From positions 19,793 through 83,792 of the forward strand of contig JACKFI010000005.1 in NCBI GenBank assembly GCA_020632555.1: a DNA stretch of 64,000 nucleotides, read 5' to 3'. Positions 8,537-18,900 of the stretch are shown piece by piece. Made by a program: the position numbers and the translations under genes. This stretch comes from Candidatus Omnitrophota bacterium (GTDB lineage: Bacteria; Omnitrophota; Gorgyraeia; Zapsychrales; JANLHA01). Numbering within the stretch: position 1 is the stretch's first letter; every line of letters begins with the position of its first letter. The notes beneath the pieces are model-generated. The model was not told where the DNA came from, made no database searches, and saw only the letters and a list, made by a program, of their open reading frames with translations.

Positions 8537-10123
8537 TTAAAACTTATGAATGAGTTCAGTATAGTAACGGCTTTTATTGCGAAAATACCCAAAATCCCCA
8601 GAAGAATCACCTGAAAAAATATCCGCACCAACACAAACCTGCCAACTTTTCATAAAGCTATATTTGACCTTTGGCTGGTAAAGAAAATCCGGCGCATTGA
8701 CGCCATAAATCATTAAAAACTCTGTTTGCAGCTTTCGATTAAGAAAATCACGACTTATCCTTAACGAAAACGCATTATTAAACTTATCCTTATTAATCAT
8801 GCTGTCATTGTAACTAAAAATCGCATCCTGAATAAACTGAGCATTAACATCCAATTTATTAAGGAACGTATAGTCAAGACTTAACAAATATACCAAATGA
8901 TCACTTTGCACAATACCATTCTGATCCACAGGATTAGATACCGGGAAAAAATCATCTGGGATATAAACAAAATCTCCTTTAAAAACAATATCTTTGATTT
9001 CTTTAGAAACTGTTGCGCCATAAGTATCGAGTCTCTTATACTGGGGATCAAAATCATAGCTGCCGCCATTGATCGCACGATACAAAACCGGCGACTGTGT
9101 CCAACTATGCAAATAAAAAGCTCCCATATCAAAACCTTCCCATAAATAATTTAATCTCATCCCTAGCTTGCTGTTTTCAAAACCATCTTTGGGATCTTTA
9201 GCGTCATGATAAGTCACCGGAGCATTGCCGGGCACAGGCAAACTATAAGCAAATTCCGAACCCGTAACACCTAATTTATTAAATTCAATACCTGGCAAAA
9301 CAATAAATTCAGAATGAAAATTGTTCTTTGTATATTCAAGATTTGTTCCCCATTCCGGAATTCGTATGCTATCAAAATCAGGCAAAATAAACTCCCGCAA
9401 ATCTTTAGCATTAACCACATCCGCTACAAAAAGCCCAACAGCCTCTCCCCAAACAATTTGCTGTTTTCCAACTCTAAAATCCCACGGCCCCAAAGAATAA
9501 TCCAAATATGTATCCCTAAGTTCCACTTCAGCTCGCTGATCGGACGTCGCACTGTCAGAATAATAATGGCCAACATCATACGCCGCATCATAATGTGCTC
9601 TGCCACTAATCCGATAGCGCAAGGCTGATGAAAATTCACCACGCGCAGTTAAAATCAATTGATTCTTAATTTTGGTAAACTCTGCTGGACTATAAATATG
9701 ATGAGCAACCTCCGAACGGGTAATCCCTTGAATAACCATCGTCGGCTTGATTAAAACATCTTTATTCGAATGCTCTGTGGCCGGCAATAAACCCAGGACT
9801 TCTGCATCTTCTCTCATCTGCGCCCGTTCAAAACTTTCCAATTTATCCTTAATCTGCTGATCTCGTAAATCCAAAGAGGGTTCACCTTTTTCTTCAGGCA
9901 CAACCTGATCCTTAACGCGTTCAAGACGGTCTAAAACATTATTGATTTCACTATCTCGCGGCTGTTGACTCGAAGATTCTTCAGCCGAAAAAAATTCCAA
10001 TGTTTGGGCAATCACTTGCTCGCGCGGTAAACTGTCAAACGTTTTCACATCCAACTGCGCCCAAGCCGCCGCATTGGACAGAACTATAAAAAGAATAAAA
10101 AGTGTCCAACAATATCGCATCAA
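8537..10123 (-). CDS. outer-membrane beta-barrel protein (DUF1302-like), partner of the LolA-like protein
   Basis: Signal peptide ending AAWAQ. Alternating beta-strand-like sequence rich in Y/G/D. C-terminal aromatic residue (...ELIHKF). It overlaps the upstream LolA-like gene by 4 nt. Confidence 0.55.
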   Translation of the reverse strand: MMRYCWTLFILFIVLSNAAAWAQLDVKTFDSLPREQVIAQTLEFFSAEESSSQQPRDSEINNVLDRLERVKDQVVPEEKGEPSLDLRDQQIKDKLESFERAQMREDAEVLGLLPATEHSNKDVLIKPTMVIQGITRSEVAHHIYSPAEFTKIKNQLILTARGEFSSALRYRISGRAHYDAAYDVGHYYSDSATSDQRAEVELRDTYLDYSLGPWDFRVGKQQIVWGEAVGLFVADVVNAKDLREFILPDFDSIRIPEWGTNLEYTKNNFHSEFIVLPGIEFNKLGVTGSEFAYSLPVPGNAPVTYHDAKDPKDGFENSKLGMRLNYLWEGFDMGAFYLHSWTQSPVLYRAINGGSYDFDPQYKRLDTYGATVSKEIKDIVFKGDFVYIPDDFFPVSNPVDQNGIVQSDHLVYLLSLDYTFLNKLDVNAQFIQDAIFSYNDSMINKDKFNNAFSLRISRDFLNRKLQTEFLMIYGVNAPDFLYQPKVKYSFMKSWQVCVGADIFSGDSSGDFGYFRNKSRYYTELIHKF

Positions 10124-10902
10124 TAAACCATTTTTTTTAAATATTCCCGGGTAAAATATTTGTTCTCGATTCGCCCAACTTCAATCTTGTCATATTCAAT
10201 AACCGAATACTGTCCATCAATAACCGCGTCACTTAAAACCAATCGCGATGGCCGCATCTTGCCCGCCAACATCTTATAATTTTCATATGAACAAATTTTT
10301 AGAAAACGTCCACTGACACCATAAAATTCTGCTTTTAGAGGCCAAAAGTTCTTTTGCTCTACCCAGAGGATAACCTTACCATAAGTAACCTTGCTGCTTT
10401 TAGCCTTTAATTCCAAAACATAATATTTCTTTTCATTACTAGATTCCTCACGCAAAAATTGTCCATCATAATCAGCGAAAAAATTAATCCGCGCGATATC
10501 TCCGTTAGAAATATCTCCCAAAAATCGCTCTTGAGAGGCAACATGCAAAGGCTGGGAAACTTCAGGGAAAAAAAACCAATAATCATTGTCGCGCATCAAA
10601 ATCACCCGACCACGTTCATTAGCCGGCTGCAATGTCCGCACAATGGTTTTTTCGCGACCTTGCATACGAATATCATAAAGAGCTGTTTGTGGCGGATGAT
10701 TGCTTTTAAAACTACTCACTCGAGCTACCAATGAAAAATCTTCATTGGGACTGCGAATTTCATCGATCTTTTGTAGAATTCCACTGGGATTAATATTGGA
10801 ACTAGCTCCAACCATACCGACAAAGAAGAAACTTTGAAAGACAATTGCGAAAAGGACATACCTACCATTTTTCATAATGGACTCCCATCTCAAAAGATTC
10901 AC
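10120..10902 (-). CDS. outer-membrane lipoprotein-sorting (LolA-like fold) protein
   Basis: Signal peptide. Size and motifs ('RVILMRDNDYWFFFPEVSQPL', 'YYVLELKAKSSKVTYGKVILWVEQKNFWPLKAEFY') are typical of the LolA_like family, which is found next to MacB-type ABC transporters. Confidence 0.65.
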   Translation of the reverse strand: MNLLRWESIMKNGRYVLFAIVFQSFFFVGMVGASSNINPSGILQKIDEIRSPNEDFSLVARVSSFKSNHPPQTALYDIRMQGREKTIVRTLQPANERGRVILMRDNDYWFFFPEVSQPLHVASQERFLGDISNGDIARINFFADYDGQFLREESSNEKKYYVLELKAKSSKVTYGKVILWVEQKNFWPLKAEFYGVSGRFLKICSYENYKMLAGKMRPSRLVLSDAVIDGQYSVIEYDKIEVGRIENKYFTREYLKKMVY

Positions 10903-10908
10903 AAACTT

Positions 10909-12177
10909 TTATCTATACCGCAATGCTTCCGTAATCTCAAGACGTGAGGCTTTATAAGCAGGGACCAGCGCCGAAACACCCCCAACAAACACTGATAAAA
11001 AAAATGTTGAAATAACAATCGATGGAACAATCACAGGTGTAGACAACCAGGAAAATGTTGTTCCCGGCGGTGGCGGCATCACAATACCAATAGCCGCAAC
11101 CAAACTAACAATGATTATCCCCATCAAAACACCTATCGCTCCACCAATGCACCCTAAGAGTAGTCCTTCAAAAAGAAAAAGTTTCATCACGCCTCGCCGC
11201 CGTATTCCCAGCGCCATAATCGTGCCAATTTCACTAATTCGTTCCATCACCGACATATTCATCGTATTAAAAATACCCAAAACAACTACAATCCCAATCA
11301 CAATGCGCATCACTAAATAAAACATATTAAATAGCTCTGCTGTCTTATTGTAAAAGTCAGCCATATCTTCCCAACGCCGAAGTTCTAAATTTAGCTTTTT
11401 ATCTCTAATTATCACCTGCAAAGATTTAAAAACCTTATCTGTATCTTCTGTCTGGTGAAGTTTAACCACCAACACTTGCACGGCCTGAGTATCCAGCAAA
11501 CTTTGTGCTGTTTGAAGAGGTAATCGCAAGGAAATGTCATCAAAATCCTTTTGCGTCGTTCGAAATGCACCTTTAACATTAAGATCCAGCGCATTCGTCG
11601 CCCCATGCACCGTACTGGTCAAAAGAGTCACTCGATGATCTACCTGCGCGCGCATAGTCTCGGCTAACCCTCGACCTAAAACAACTTGATAATCATCATC
11701 TCCAACAAGACTTGTCCCAAAAACTGTAACTGGCAACCCCAAATTTTTAGATTTCATAAACTGCCGCAAATCCTGCGTTTCTTCAATGGTAGCTTGTCTT
11801 TCATTTTGCGGTTCAATACCTTGACCGATAAAAGAAATTGTATTGCTCCCCGTGCTCATCAGTCCCTGAAACTGTAATCGCGCACTAACATACTCCACTT
11901 CAGGAAAATCACTGACCAACTCCTTGATTTCTTGATAGTTATCAATCAAATACCGATAAGCCTCAATTCTCCCATGCTCATTAAAACCTCGCCGATAAAT
12001 CTGAATATGACCCGACAGAGATTCAATAAAGCCTTCACGCATTTTCCAAAAAATATCTTGAAAATAACCGCCAATAAAAATCAAAGCCACACAACCAAAA
12101 ACAATTGTCGATAATGTAATAACAGATCGTGCTTTGTGCCGAAAAATATTTCTCAAAGCTATTTTTAATGTCATCAT
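10909..12177 (-). CDS. ABC transporter permease, FtsX/MacB/LolE-type, copy 1
   Basis: N-terminal TM helix, a large periplasmic domain and a C-terminal FtsX 3-TM bundle ending ...AYKASRLEITEALRYR. The likely start is the ATG at 12177, which forms an ATGA overlap with the ATPase stop. Confidence 0.85.
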   Translation of the reverse strand: MMTLKIALRNIFRHKARSVITLSTIVFGCVALIFIGGYFQDIFWKMREGFIESLSGHIQIYRRGFNEHGRIEAYRYLIDNYQEIKELVSDFPEVEYVSARLQFQGLMSTGSNTISFIGQGIEPQNERQATIEETQDLRQFMKSKNLGLPVTVFGTSLVGDDDYQVVLGRGLAETMRAQVDHRVTLLTSTVHGATNALDLNVKGAFRTTQKDFDDISLRLPLQTAQSLLDTQAVQVLVVKLHQTEDTDKVFKSLQVIIRDKKLNLELRRWEDMADFYNKTAELFNMFYLVMRIVIGIVVVLGIFNTMNMSVMERISEIGTIMALGIRRRGVMKLFLFEGLLLGCIGGAIGVLMGIIIVSLVAAIGIVMPPPPGTTFSWLSTPVIVPSIVISTFFLSVFVGGVSALVPAYKASRLEITEALRYR

Positions 12178-12848
12178 GCGGACACAATCTCCCCATCCCA
12201 AATTCGCACCACCCGATCCGCCCGGTCAATCACTTTTTGATCATGCGTTGAAAAAATAAATGTTGTCTTCTTTTGCCGGTTGATCTCTCTCATCAAATCG
12301 ACAATTTCTTCCCCCGTTTTATGATCCAAATTTGCCGTCGGTTCATCAGCCAAAATCAATAAAGGTTCGCGTACTATCGCGCGCGCAATAGCCACTCTCT
12401 GCTGTTGCCCGCCGCTCATTTCCAAAGGCTTATGCTTAGCCAAATGCAACAAACCCATCATGTCTAAGGCCGCCTCTGCTTCTTTTCGACGCTGAGCTGC
12501 AGTCATTTTTTTTAAAAATAAAGCATACTCAACATTTTCCACCGCCGTTAAAACAGGGAATAAATTAAAATTCTGAAAAACAAAACTGATCTTTTCCGCA
12601 CGCAGATCAGATAATTGATCATTGGAAAGGCTGGCTGTTGGAATATTATCAAACAAAACTTCACCAGTGGTTGGTTTGTCGATACAGCCCATAATATTTA
12701 AAAGGGTTGTTTTGCCGCTACCAGATGGACCGGCGAGCGCTAAAAACTCACCAGCAGCAACAGTCAGGTTAACATTCTTTAATGCTTCAACACTAATCGA
12801 GTTAAGCTGATACGTTCGAGATACATTCGAGATTTGAATAAGACTCAT
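12174..12848 (-). CDS. ABC transporter ATP-binding protein (LolD/MacB-type), copy 1
   Basis: Walker A GPSGSGKTT, signature LSGGQQQRVAIARA (here MSGGQQQRVAIARA) and Walker B LILADEPT. Confidence 0.9.
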   Translation of the reverse strand: MSLIQISNVSRTYQLNSISVEALKNVNLTVAAGEFLALAGPSGSGKTTLLNIMGCIDKPTTGEVLFDNIPTASLSNDQLSDLRAEKISFVFQNFNLFPVLTAVENVEYALFLKKMTAAQRRKEAEAALDMMGLLHLAKHKPLEMSGGQQQRVAIARAIVREPLLILADEPTANLDHKTGEEIVDLMREINRQKKTTFIFSTHDQKVIDRADRVVRIWDGEIVSA

Positions 12849-12862
12849 ACATTCCCCATATT

Positions 12863-14131
12863 TTATCGATATCGCAATGCTGTTGTAATCTGCAACCGAG
12901 AAGCTTTATAAGCTGGGAACAAAGCTGAAAATCCACCAACAACAACAGAAAGAACAAATGTTGACGTGACGACAGAAGGAATGATTTTGGGCGTCGACAA
13001 CCAAGAAATACTGGCCCCGGGAGGTGGCGGCATAGTAATCCCCACTGACGATACTAAACTCACAACAATCATTCCCGCGACAACACCCAATAATCCCCCG
13101 ACTGTTCCCAAAACAAGGCCCTCCAAAAGAAACAATTTCATCACGCCGCTGCGCCTAACCCCTAAAGCCATCAATGTCCCGATCTCGCTAATCCGTTCCA
13201 TAACCGCCATATTCAATGTGTTAAAAATTCCCAAAACAACAATAATGCCCGTAACAATACGCATAATCAAATAAAACTTATTAAACATCGCCACGGTTTT
13301 ATTATAAAAGTCTGCCAAGTCTTCCCAACGTCTTAATTCCAAATTCAAATTTTTCTGCTTAATCATAGCCCTCAATGAATTATAAACCTTGTCCGTATCT
13401 TCTGTTTTATTAAGCCACACCACCCATGACCCGACGGACGAAGTATTTAAAAGTTTTTGAGCTGTTTTCAAAGGTAAACGTAAAAACATTTCATCATAAT
13501 CTTTAGCAGAAGTGTAAAAAACACCTTTCACATTCATATCCATAGCATTAGTCGACCCATAAACCGTATTGGTCAATAAAGTAATTGTGGATCCTATCTG
13601 TGCGCCCATCGTTTGTGCCAAACCCTGGCCCAAAATAACCTGCCGCTGATCTTCTTCAACTAGTCCCTGACCAAAACTGATCACAGGAGAACCAGACTTT
13701 GATGTTTTTTTAAAAGCCCGCAAGTCTCTTGTTTCTTGCTGCGGCACCGTTTGTTCATATTGCGGCTCCAAACCTTGCCCCAAAAAAACAATCGTTGTTT
13801 CACCCGTACTAATTAACCCCGAAAAATTAAGTCGTGCGGCAATCGATTTGACCTCCGGGAAAGCTTGAATCTCTGCCTTGATCTGTTGATCATCCTCCAA
13901 AAAATACAAATAGGGGTCAGCTTTTCCGTTTTCATTAAACCCTTTCTTAAAAATCTGAATATGTCCGACTTGTGATCGGATATAACTTTCTCTCAATTGG
14001 GTAAAGATATCTTCAAAATAACCGCCGATAAAAATCAAAGCCACACAACCAAAAACAATCGTCGATAAGGTAATGACAGATCGCGCTTTATGCCGAAAGA
14101 TATTTCGCAAAGCTATTTTTAATGTCATCAT
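12863..14131 (-). CDS. ABC transporter permease, FtsX/MacB/LolE-type, copy 2
   Basis: Same architecture as copy 1. The first ~47 residues are identical to copy 1, while the periplasmic domain has diverged. There is an ATGA overlap with the upstream ATPase. Confidence 0.85.
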   Translation of the reverse strand: MMTLKIALRNIFRHKARSVITLSTIVFGCVALIFIGGYFEDIFTQLRESYIRSQVGHIQIFKKGFNENGKADPYLYFLEDDQQIKAEIQAFPEVKSIAARLNFSGLISTGETTIVFLGQGLEPQYEQTVPQQETRDLRAFKKTSKSGSPVISFGQGLVEEDQRQVILGQGLAQTMGAQIGSTITLLTNTVYGSTNAMDMNVKGVFYTSAKDYDEMFLRLPLKTAQKLLNTSSVGSWVVWLNKTEDTDKVYNSLRAMIKQKNLNLELRRWEDLADFYNKTVAMFNKFYLIMRIVTGIIVVLGIFNTLNMAVMERISEIGTLMALGVRRSGVMKLFLLEGLVLGTVGGLLGVVAGMIVVSLVSSVGITMPPPPGASISWLSTPKIIPSVVTSTFVLSVVVGGFSALFPAYKASRLQITTALRYR

Positions 14132-14802
14132 GCGGACACAATCTCCCCATCCCAAATTCGCACCACCCGATCCGCCCGGTCAATCACTTTTTGATCATGC
14201 GTTGAAAAAATAAATGTCGTCTTATTCTGCCGGTTGCTTGCTTTCATCAAATCAACAATCTCTTCGCCCGTCTTATGATCCAAATTCGCTGTCGGTTCAT
14301 CAGCCAAAATCAATAAAGGTTCACGTACTATCGCGCGCGCAATGGCCACTCTCTGCTGCTGCCCGCCGCTCATCTCTAAAGGTTTGTGCCCAGCCAAATG
14401 CAATAAACCCATCAGGTCCAATGCTGCTTCTGCTTTCTTGCGACGCTGATCTGCAGTCATTTTTTTTAAAAATAAAGCATACTCAACATTTTCCACCGCC
14501 GTTAAAACAGGAAATAAATTGAAATTCTGAAAAACAAAACTAATTTTCTCCGCACGCAGATCAGATAATTGATCACTGGAAAGACTAGCTGTTTGAGTAT
14601 TATCAAAGAGAACTTCACCAGTGGTTGGTTTATCGATACAGCCCATAATATTTAAAAGGGTTGTTTTGCCGCTACCGGATGGGCCTGCCAATGCCAAAAA
14701 CTCACCGGCAGCAACAGCCAAATCGACGTTCTTCAAAGCCGTAACGCTAATAGAATTGAGTTGATACTTACGTGAAACCTTTGAGATTTGAACAAGTGAC
14801 AT
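14128..14802 (-). CDS. ABC transporter ATP-binding protein (LolD/MacB-type), copy 2
   Basis: Same motifs as copy 1. It differs from copy 1 at only a handful of residues. Confidence 0.9.
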   Translation of the reverse strand: MSLVQISKVSRKYQLNSISVTALKNVDLAVAAGEFLALAGPSGSGKTTLLNIMGCIDKPTTGEVLFDNTQTASLSSDQLSDLRAEKISFVFQNFNLFPVLTAVENVEYALFLKKMTADQRRKKAEAALDLMGLLHLAGHKPLEMSGGQQQRVAIARAIVREPLLILADEPTANLDHKTGEEIVDLMKASNRQNKTTFIFSTHDQKVIDRADRVVRIWDGEIVSA

Positions 14803-14885
14803 GAAGTTATATTATGAGCAAAAACAGCAATAGTCAAAGCAGAATCCATTATTATTTTTCTAAGTTGTACTTTCAAATCGATGGG

Positions 14886-15887
14886 TTAGGAAGCATGAAT
14901 ATATTGACCTTTTTTCATTTCCTTGAGCCACATCTCTATAATCTCTGGAAATTGCTGTATCCGGCTGTCGCCAAATTTACAATCTTTCCACATCGGCATA
15001 GAATCCCAATCACTATTGATATAACAAACAGCCTGCGGCTTGAGCATCGCAATAATCCGAAAAAATTTATCATACCATTCCTTTTTGGCCTTGAGGGTAA
15101 CAACTGACATCGGAGCAGACTCAGCAATCATAAAAGGCTTATTTAACAGCTTTGCCCTATCAGAAAAACGTTTGATCTGTTCATACTGCGACGGAGCAAA
15201 TAGCGACACCGCCAACCAATCCACATAATCGCTCCCGGGAAACCATTTCATCACCTGAGCATCACCTGATAAATTAGCCACAGAATGCCAAACAAAAGCG
15301 ACATTGCCAACACCAAGCTCTCTAAACCGATCGACTATTCTTTTAAACGCCAAAATATACTGTTCCGGGTCATAATGATTACCCGCATTGTCAAATTCAT
15401 AACCAATGCGTAAATACACTGGTCGCTTTTGTGCCTGAATCCAATGGGCGAGCTTATCAATATTGCCATCATATATTCCCTGATTAACAGCTTCTAAAGC
15501 ATCAACCATGTAAAGCCCAACTTGCAAAGAACTGTGGGGATATTTTTTGGCAAGATAAGCCCCATACTGCACTCCAGAACCATTATCAAACGGCTGCATT
15601 AAGCCGCTCACATCCATAATCGATGTATAAACCATCACCCCGGCAGGAATCATCCCCGTCGCGGCAACATACTGGGCAATCGTTTCTTTATCCTGACCAA
15701 TCATCAATAAAGTTTTGCCCGCAGGGGGAAGGAATTGACAGGAACTCGACGTCATCTGAGCTGTTTGACAAGATGACAAAAAACCAATGAATATAACAGC
15801 CAACACAATACAACCCAATGTACTGGTGGATATTCTTGGATTTGGAAAATTCATCTTATAATCATGCATCCTTCTTCTCATGCTCAC
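14886..15887 (-). CDS. lipoprotein glycoside hydrolase, clan GH-A (GH26-like)
   Basis: Lipobox-like FLSSC. 'RPVYLRIGYEFDNAGNHY' is a candidate acid/base Glu region. 'WFPGSDYVDWLAVSLF' and 'FMIAESAP' form a candidate nucleophile Glu region. This pattern resembles GH26 mannanase-like enzymes. Confidence 0.5.
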   Translation of the reverse strand: MSMRRRMHDYKMNFPNPRISTSTLGCIVLAVIFIGFLSSCQTAQMTSSSCQFLPPAGKTLLMIGQDKETIAQYVAATGMIPAGVMVYTSIMDVSGLMQPFDNGSGVQYGAYLAKKYPHSSLQVGLYMVDALEAVNQGIYDGNIDKLAHWIQAQKRPVYLRIGYEFDNAGNHYDPEQYILAFKRIVDRFRELGVGNVAFVWHSVANLSGDAQVMKWFPGSDYVDWLAVSLFAPSQYEQIKRFSDRAKLLNKPFMIAESAPMSVVTLKAKKEWYDKFFRIIAMLKPQAVCYINSDWDSMPMWKDCKFGDSRIQQFPEIIEMWLKEMKKGQYIHAS

Positions 15888-15972
15888 CTTAATGTACCGC
15901 TCCGTCGCTTATTTTCCAAAAAAAATAGGTTAACGTGCTTTTATATCTATTTTCAAGTAGTCGAATAAGTAC

Positions 15973-18900
15973 TTATTGATCTTGCATTTCAGCTGCTAAG
16001 TCTATGCGGTCAACTGTCAAAATGATTGGTGCCAATCCATCAAAATCAAAATTCTTCATTCCGCTCGAAATAACAGCAGGAAACAAGTCTTGTTCTAAAC
16101 CAACTTCACGAATCCATGTAACATCCCGCGAAAACGCAATACCACCAACAGCGCTGCTACTTTTGTTATTGTCCCCTGGGAGAGAAACTTGTGGTGTTTT
16201 CTTTACCAAATCCCTCGTCTCTGGCCCAACATCGCCATCTGGCCGAATATTAAAGCGTGATTGAATCCCAACCACCAAATTTTCAAAGTTCTGATCATAA
16301 CTGCCCGACTGATGCGCCCGTTCAACAATCGCTTGAGCATTTTCTTTAAATTGTGGCCCGTATGTCTTGCCAGTCAATGGATTAATCTGATCTGATAACG
16401 CTCCTACCGCATCAATGAGTTGAAAAATCGTCCATGTTGCAAAAACCCTGGCTTTAAATTCTTCAAAAGCTGGACCTTTTGATCCTTTTGTAAGAATATT
16501 AGCATGCACAAACGGAATCGCAGCTTGAGAAACAACTGATGGATTTTGAACCGTTACTGGTTGAGTCATAATAGAAGAATCTGGACCCGCGGTATCATTT
16601 TTGTCATAATTTCCATAAACCGCAACACCTAAAGCAATCACTAACCCAACTATTAAACTTTTAATATTGCGCTTGATAACTTGTTGCCCCTCAACCTCTA
16701 ATTTCGGCAATATTTGTGAGAGTAAACTCGGGGAGATCTGGAACTCCAAACTTTTCTGCCCCCCCAGAGATCGATAAACATCATTGATAATTTTATCAAC
16801 CATGCCGCGACTCAAATCATCAGAATTTGTGGCAACAACCGCTTCTGTCAAGCCACTTTTATCTTCCTGAATTTGAGAATCACCCACGATCCGCGCAATC
16901 ACCTTAACTGTGACAAGCTTGGCTTTATCGACTTCCATGCCTTGCTGAACCAAATTATCCTGCAAAGCTTTAACCATCAAATAATACCGCGAAGTCCCCA
17001 TCATAAACGCCATTGAGATCCAATCCGCCATCAAAGTTTCATGCATAGGACTAGCGTGCAATTGATGGGTTTCTTCATCATATTCGACCGGATGGAAAAA
17101 AGCCTTCGTTGTTTGACCAGATCCGGCTGGAGTTCGCTCAATTAACGCTGCAATTTTATTCACCAAAATCTGACTCATACCATGATCTTCACTGATTTGA
17201 TCTTGAATAGATTGCCGCCACTGCTTAGTATCAAGCTGTGGCAACAATCGCTGATCAAAACTTTCAATCACCAAACCTTTCGTCTCAACGTTTGGATAAT
17301 AAATCTTAAAGATCACTTGAAATAAAGTTGGAAAACGTCCCGTACTGGAATCAATAAAACGAACATGACTCTTTGCTCCATAACCCAATCGATCAATTTC
17401 ATCCTTTATCTGCTCCAATCTTTCTTTAAAATCCTTATCCTTATCCATTCGGTCTTTGACAATACCGGTGATCTGTGCCATAAACTCTTCTTTACTGTCT
17501 ACCTGGTCGAGTAAAGACAAAACGTTTTGTTTAAACCAATCATAATATTCTTGACCAAAACTCGCTCGACTTAAATAAAACATCCCCGCATCTTTATCAT
17601 CTGTGGACTCAAGATTAGAAAGTGTCCTTTGAATCGTGTACCCATAACCCATATCACGAGGCAGATAAATATTGAAATAATCTTGTCCATAAATCGCCTG
17701 CTCCCCCAGAAAAGCCGCTATGACCGTACCAAAATCAGCAAAATACCATCGAGATGTTTTTCCATAACTTTTCAGTTGCTGAAGAATTGCATCAGCCCGT
17801 TCTAGTACAGCTTTTTGTTGTTCATTTAAGTTTTTTCGATTCAATTTTTTACTAAAATACAAATCAGCCTTAATGTTCGCAGAAGTCAACATATTGCGAA
17901 TAAGCTGTCCCGTGGCAACATCCTTCAAAATATTACCCGTACCACCGGTAGCAGCGGACAAATTTCCCTGATCACGAATATAATCCAACAAACCCTTAGC
18001 CATTTGATCAACTCTCAAAAAATATTCCCGAGGCAAATCATCTTGCATTAAAGAACTTGAAGATTTTTCAATAATCTGTTCAATATAAATCGATGAAGCA
18101 GCGCTCAAAGACTCTTGTGCTTTTAAAAAAGAAATCCCCGATGAATTTCTATCCCCACTTCTTAGTTCAAAAACCCCATCCATCCGATACATATCACCAT
18201 TAACTGCAACATCTTCGAAATGATTTGTCTCTCCAAGAATCGTGCTCGAACTGACGTTCGTTAGTTTTACTCCACCAGAAAAATATTGCCGAGGAACCAT
18301 GTCCTGAGTAACCGGGTCAAAATCCTCACGAATATAATTATAAATTCCCTTCTGATAAGCCTGAGCATAACGGTCATAAATTTTATGTTTTATATCCACT
18401 TCAGCAGAATTTAAACCCCTAGTCTTATTTTTCTCTGCATAATTTGCCCCTAAAAATGTATCCTGTAAATGTTTTTTGTACCATTCGGCAAGAATCACGG
18501 AATGATAAATCTGACGTAAAACTGCAAAAGATTCCCCCTCATTAATCTCTTTTTCTAGCTGTGGGATAATAATATCTTTAAACGCATCTTGGGCTATTTT
18601 GCCTGAAACATCGTTTTGAGAAGAACCTGCCTCTTGTTCAAACACTAAATAATCTTCTACTGACAAAACCTTCAAACGACAATTCGCGATCAAAACTTTG
18701 TTCCCCTTTCGATAAATCATCGCTTGCTCTGGCACGATCCAAACACGATTTAAAGTATTGATAGATCCATCAAGAGCTGAGGATATACCAGGGATATTTT
18801 GATAAATCTTTTTCCAAAATTCTTGCCCAATTTTTTCTTCGGGATATATCAAAGAACTTGACAATTGTTTCAATAAATAATCCTGAGCTAAAAGGTCGCG

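Noticed and set aside
12035-12229. 64-aa ORF spanning the ATPase/permease junction, plus the 8 extra N-terminal codons (MGWGDCVR) on both permease ORFs
   Set aside because: The junction has a classic ATGA stop-start overlap, which gives MMTLKIALRNIF as the permease N-terminus. The extension is ATPase 3' sequence read in another frame.
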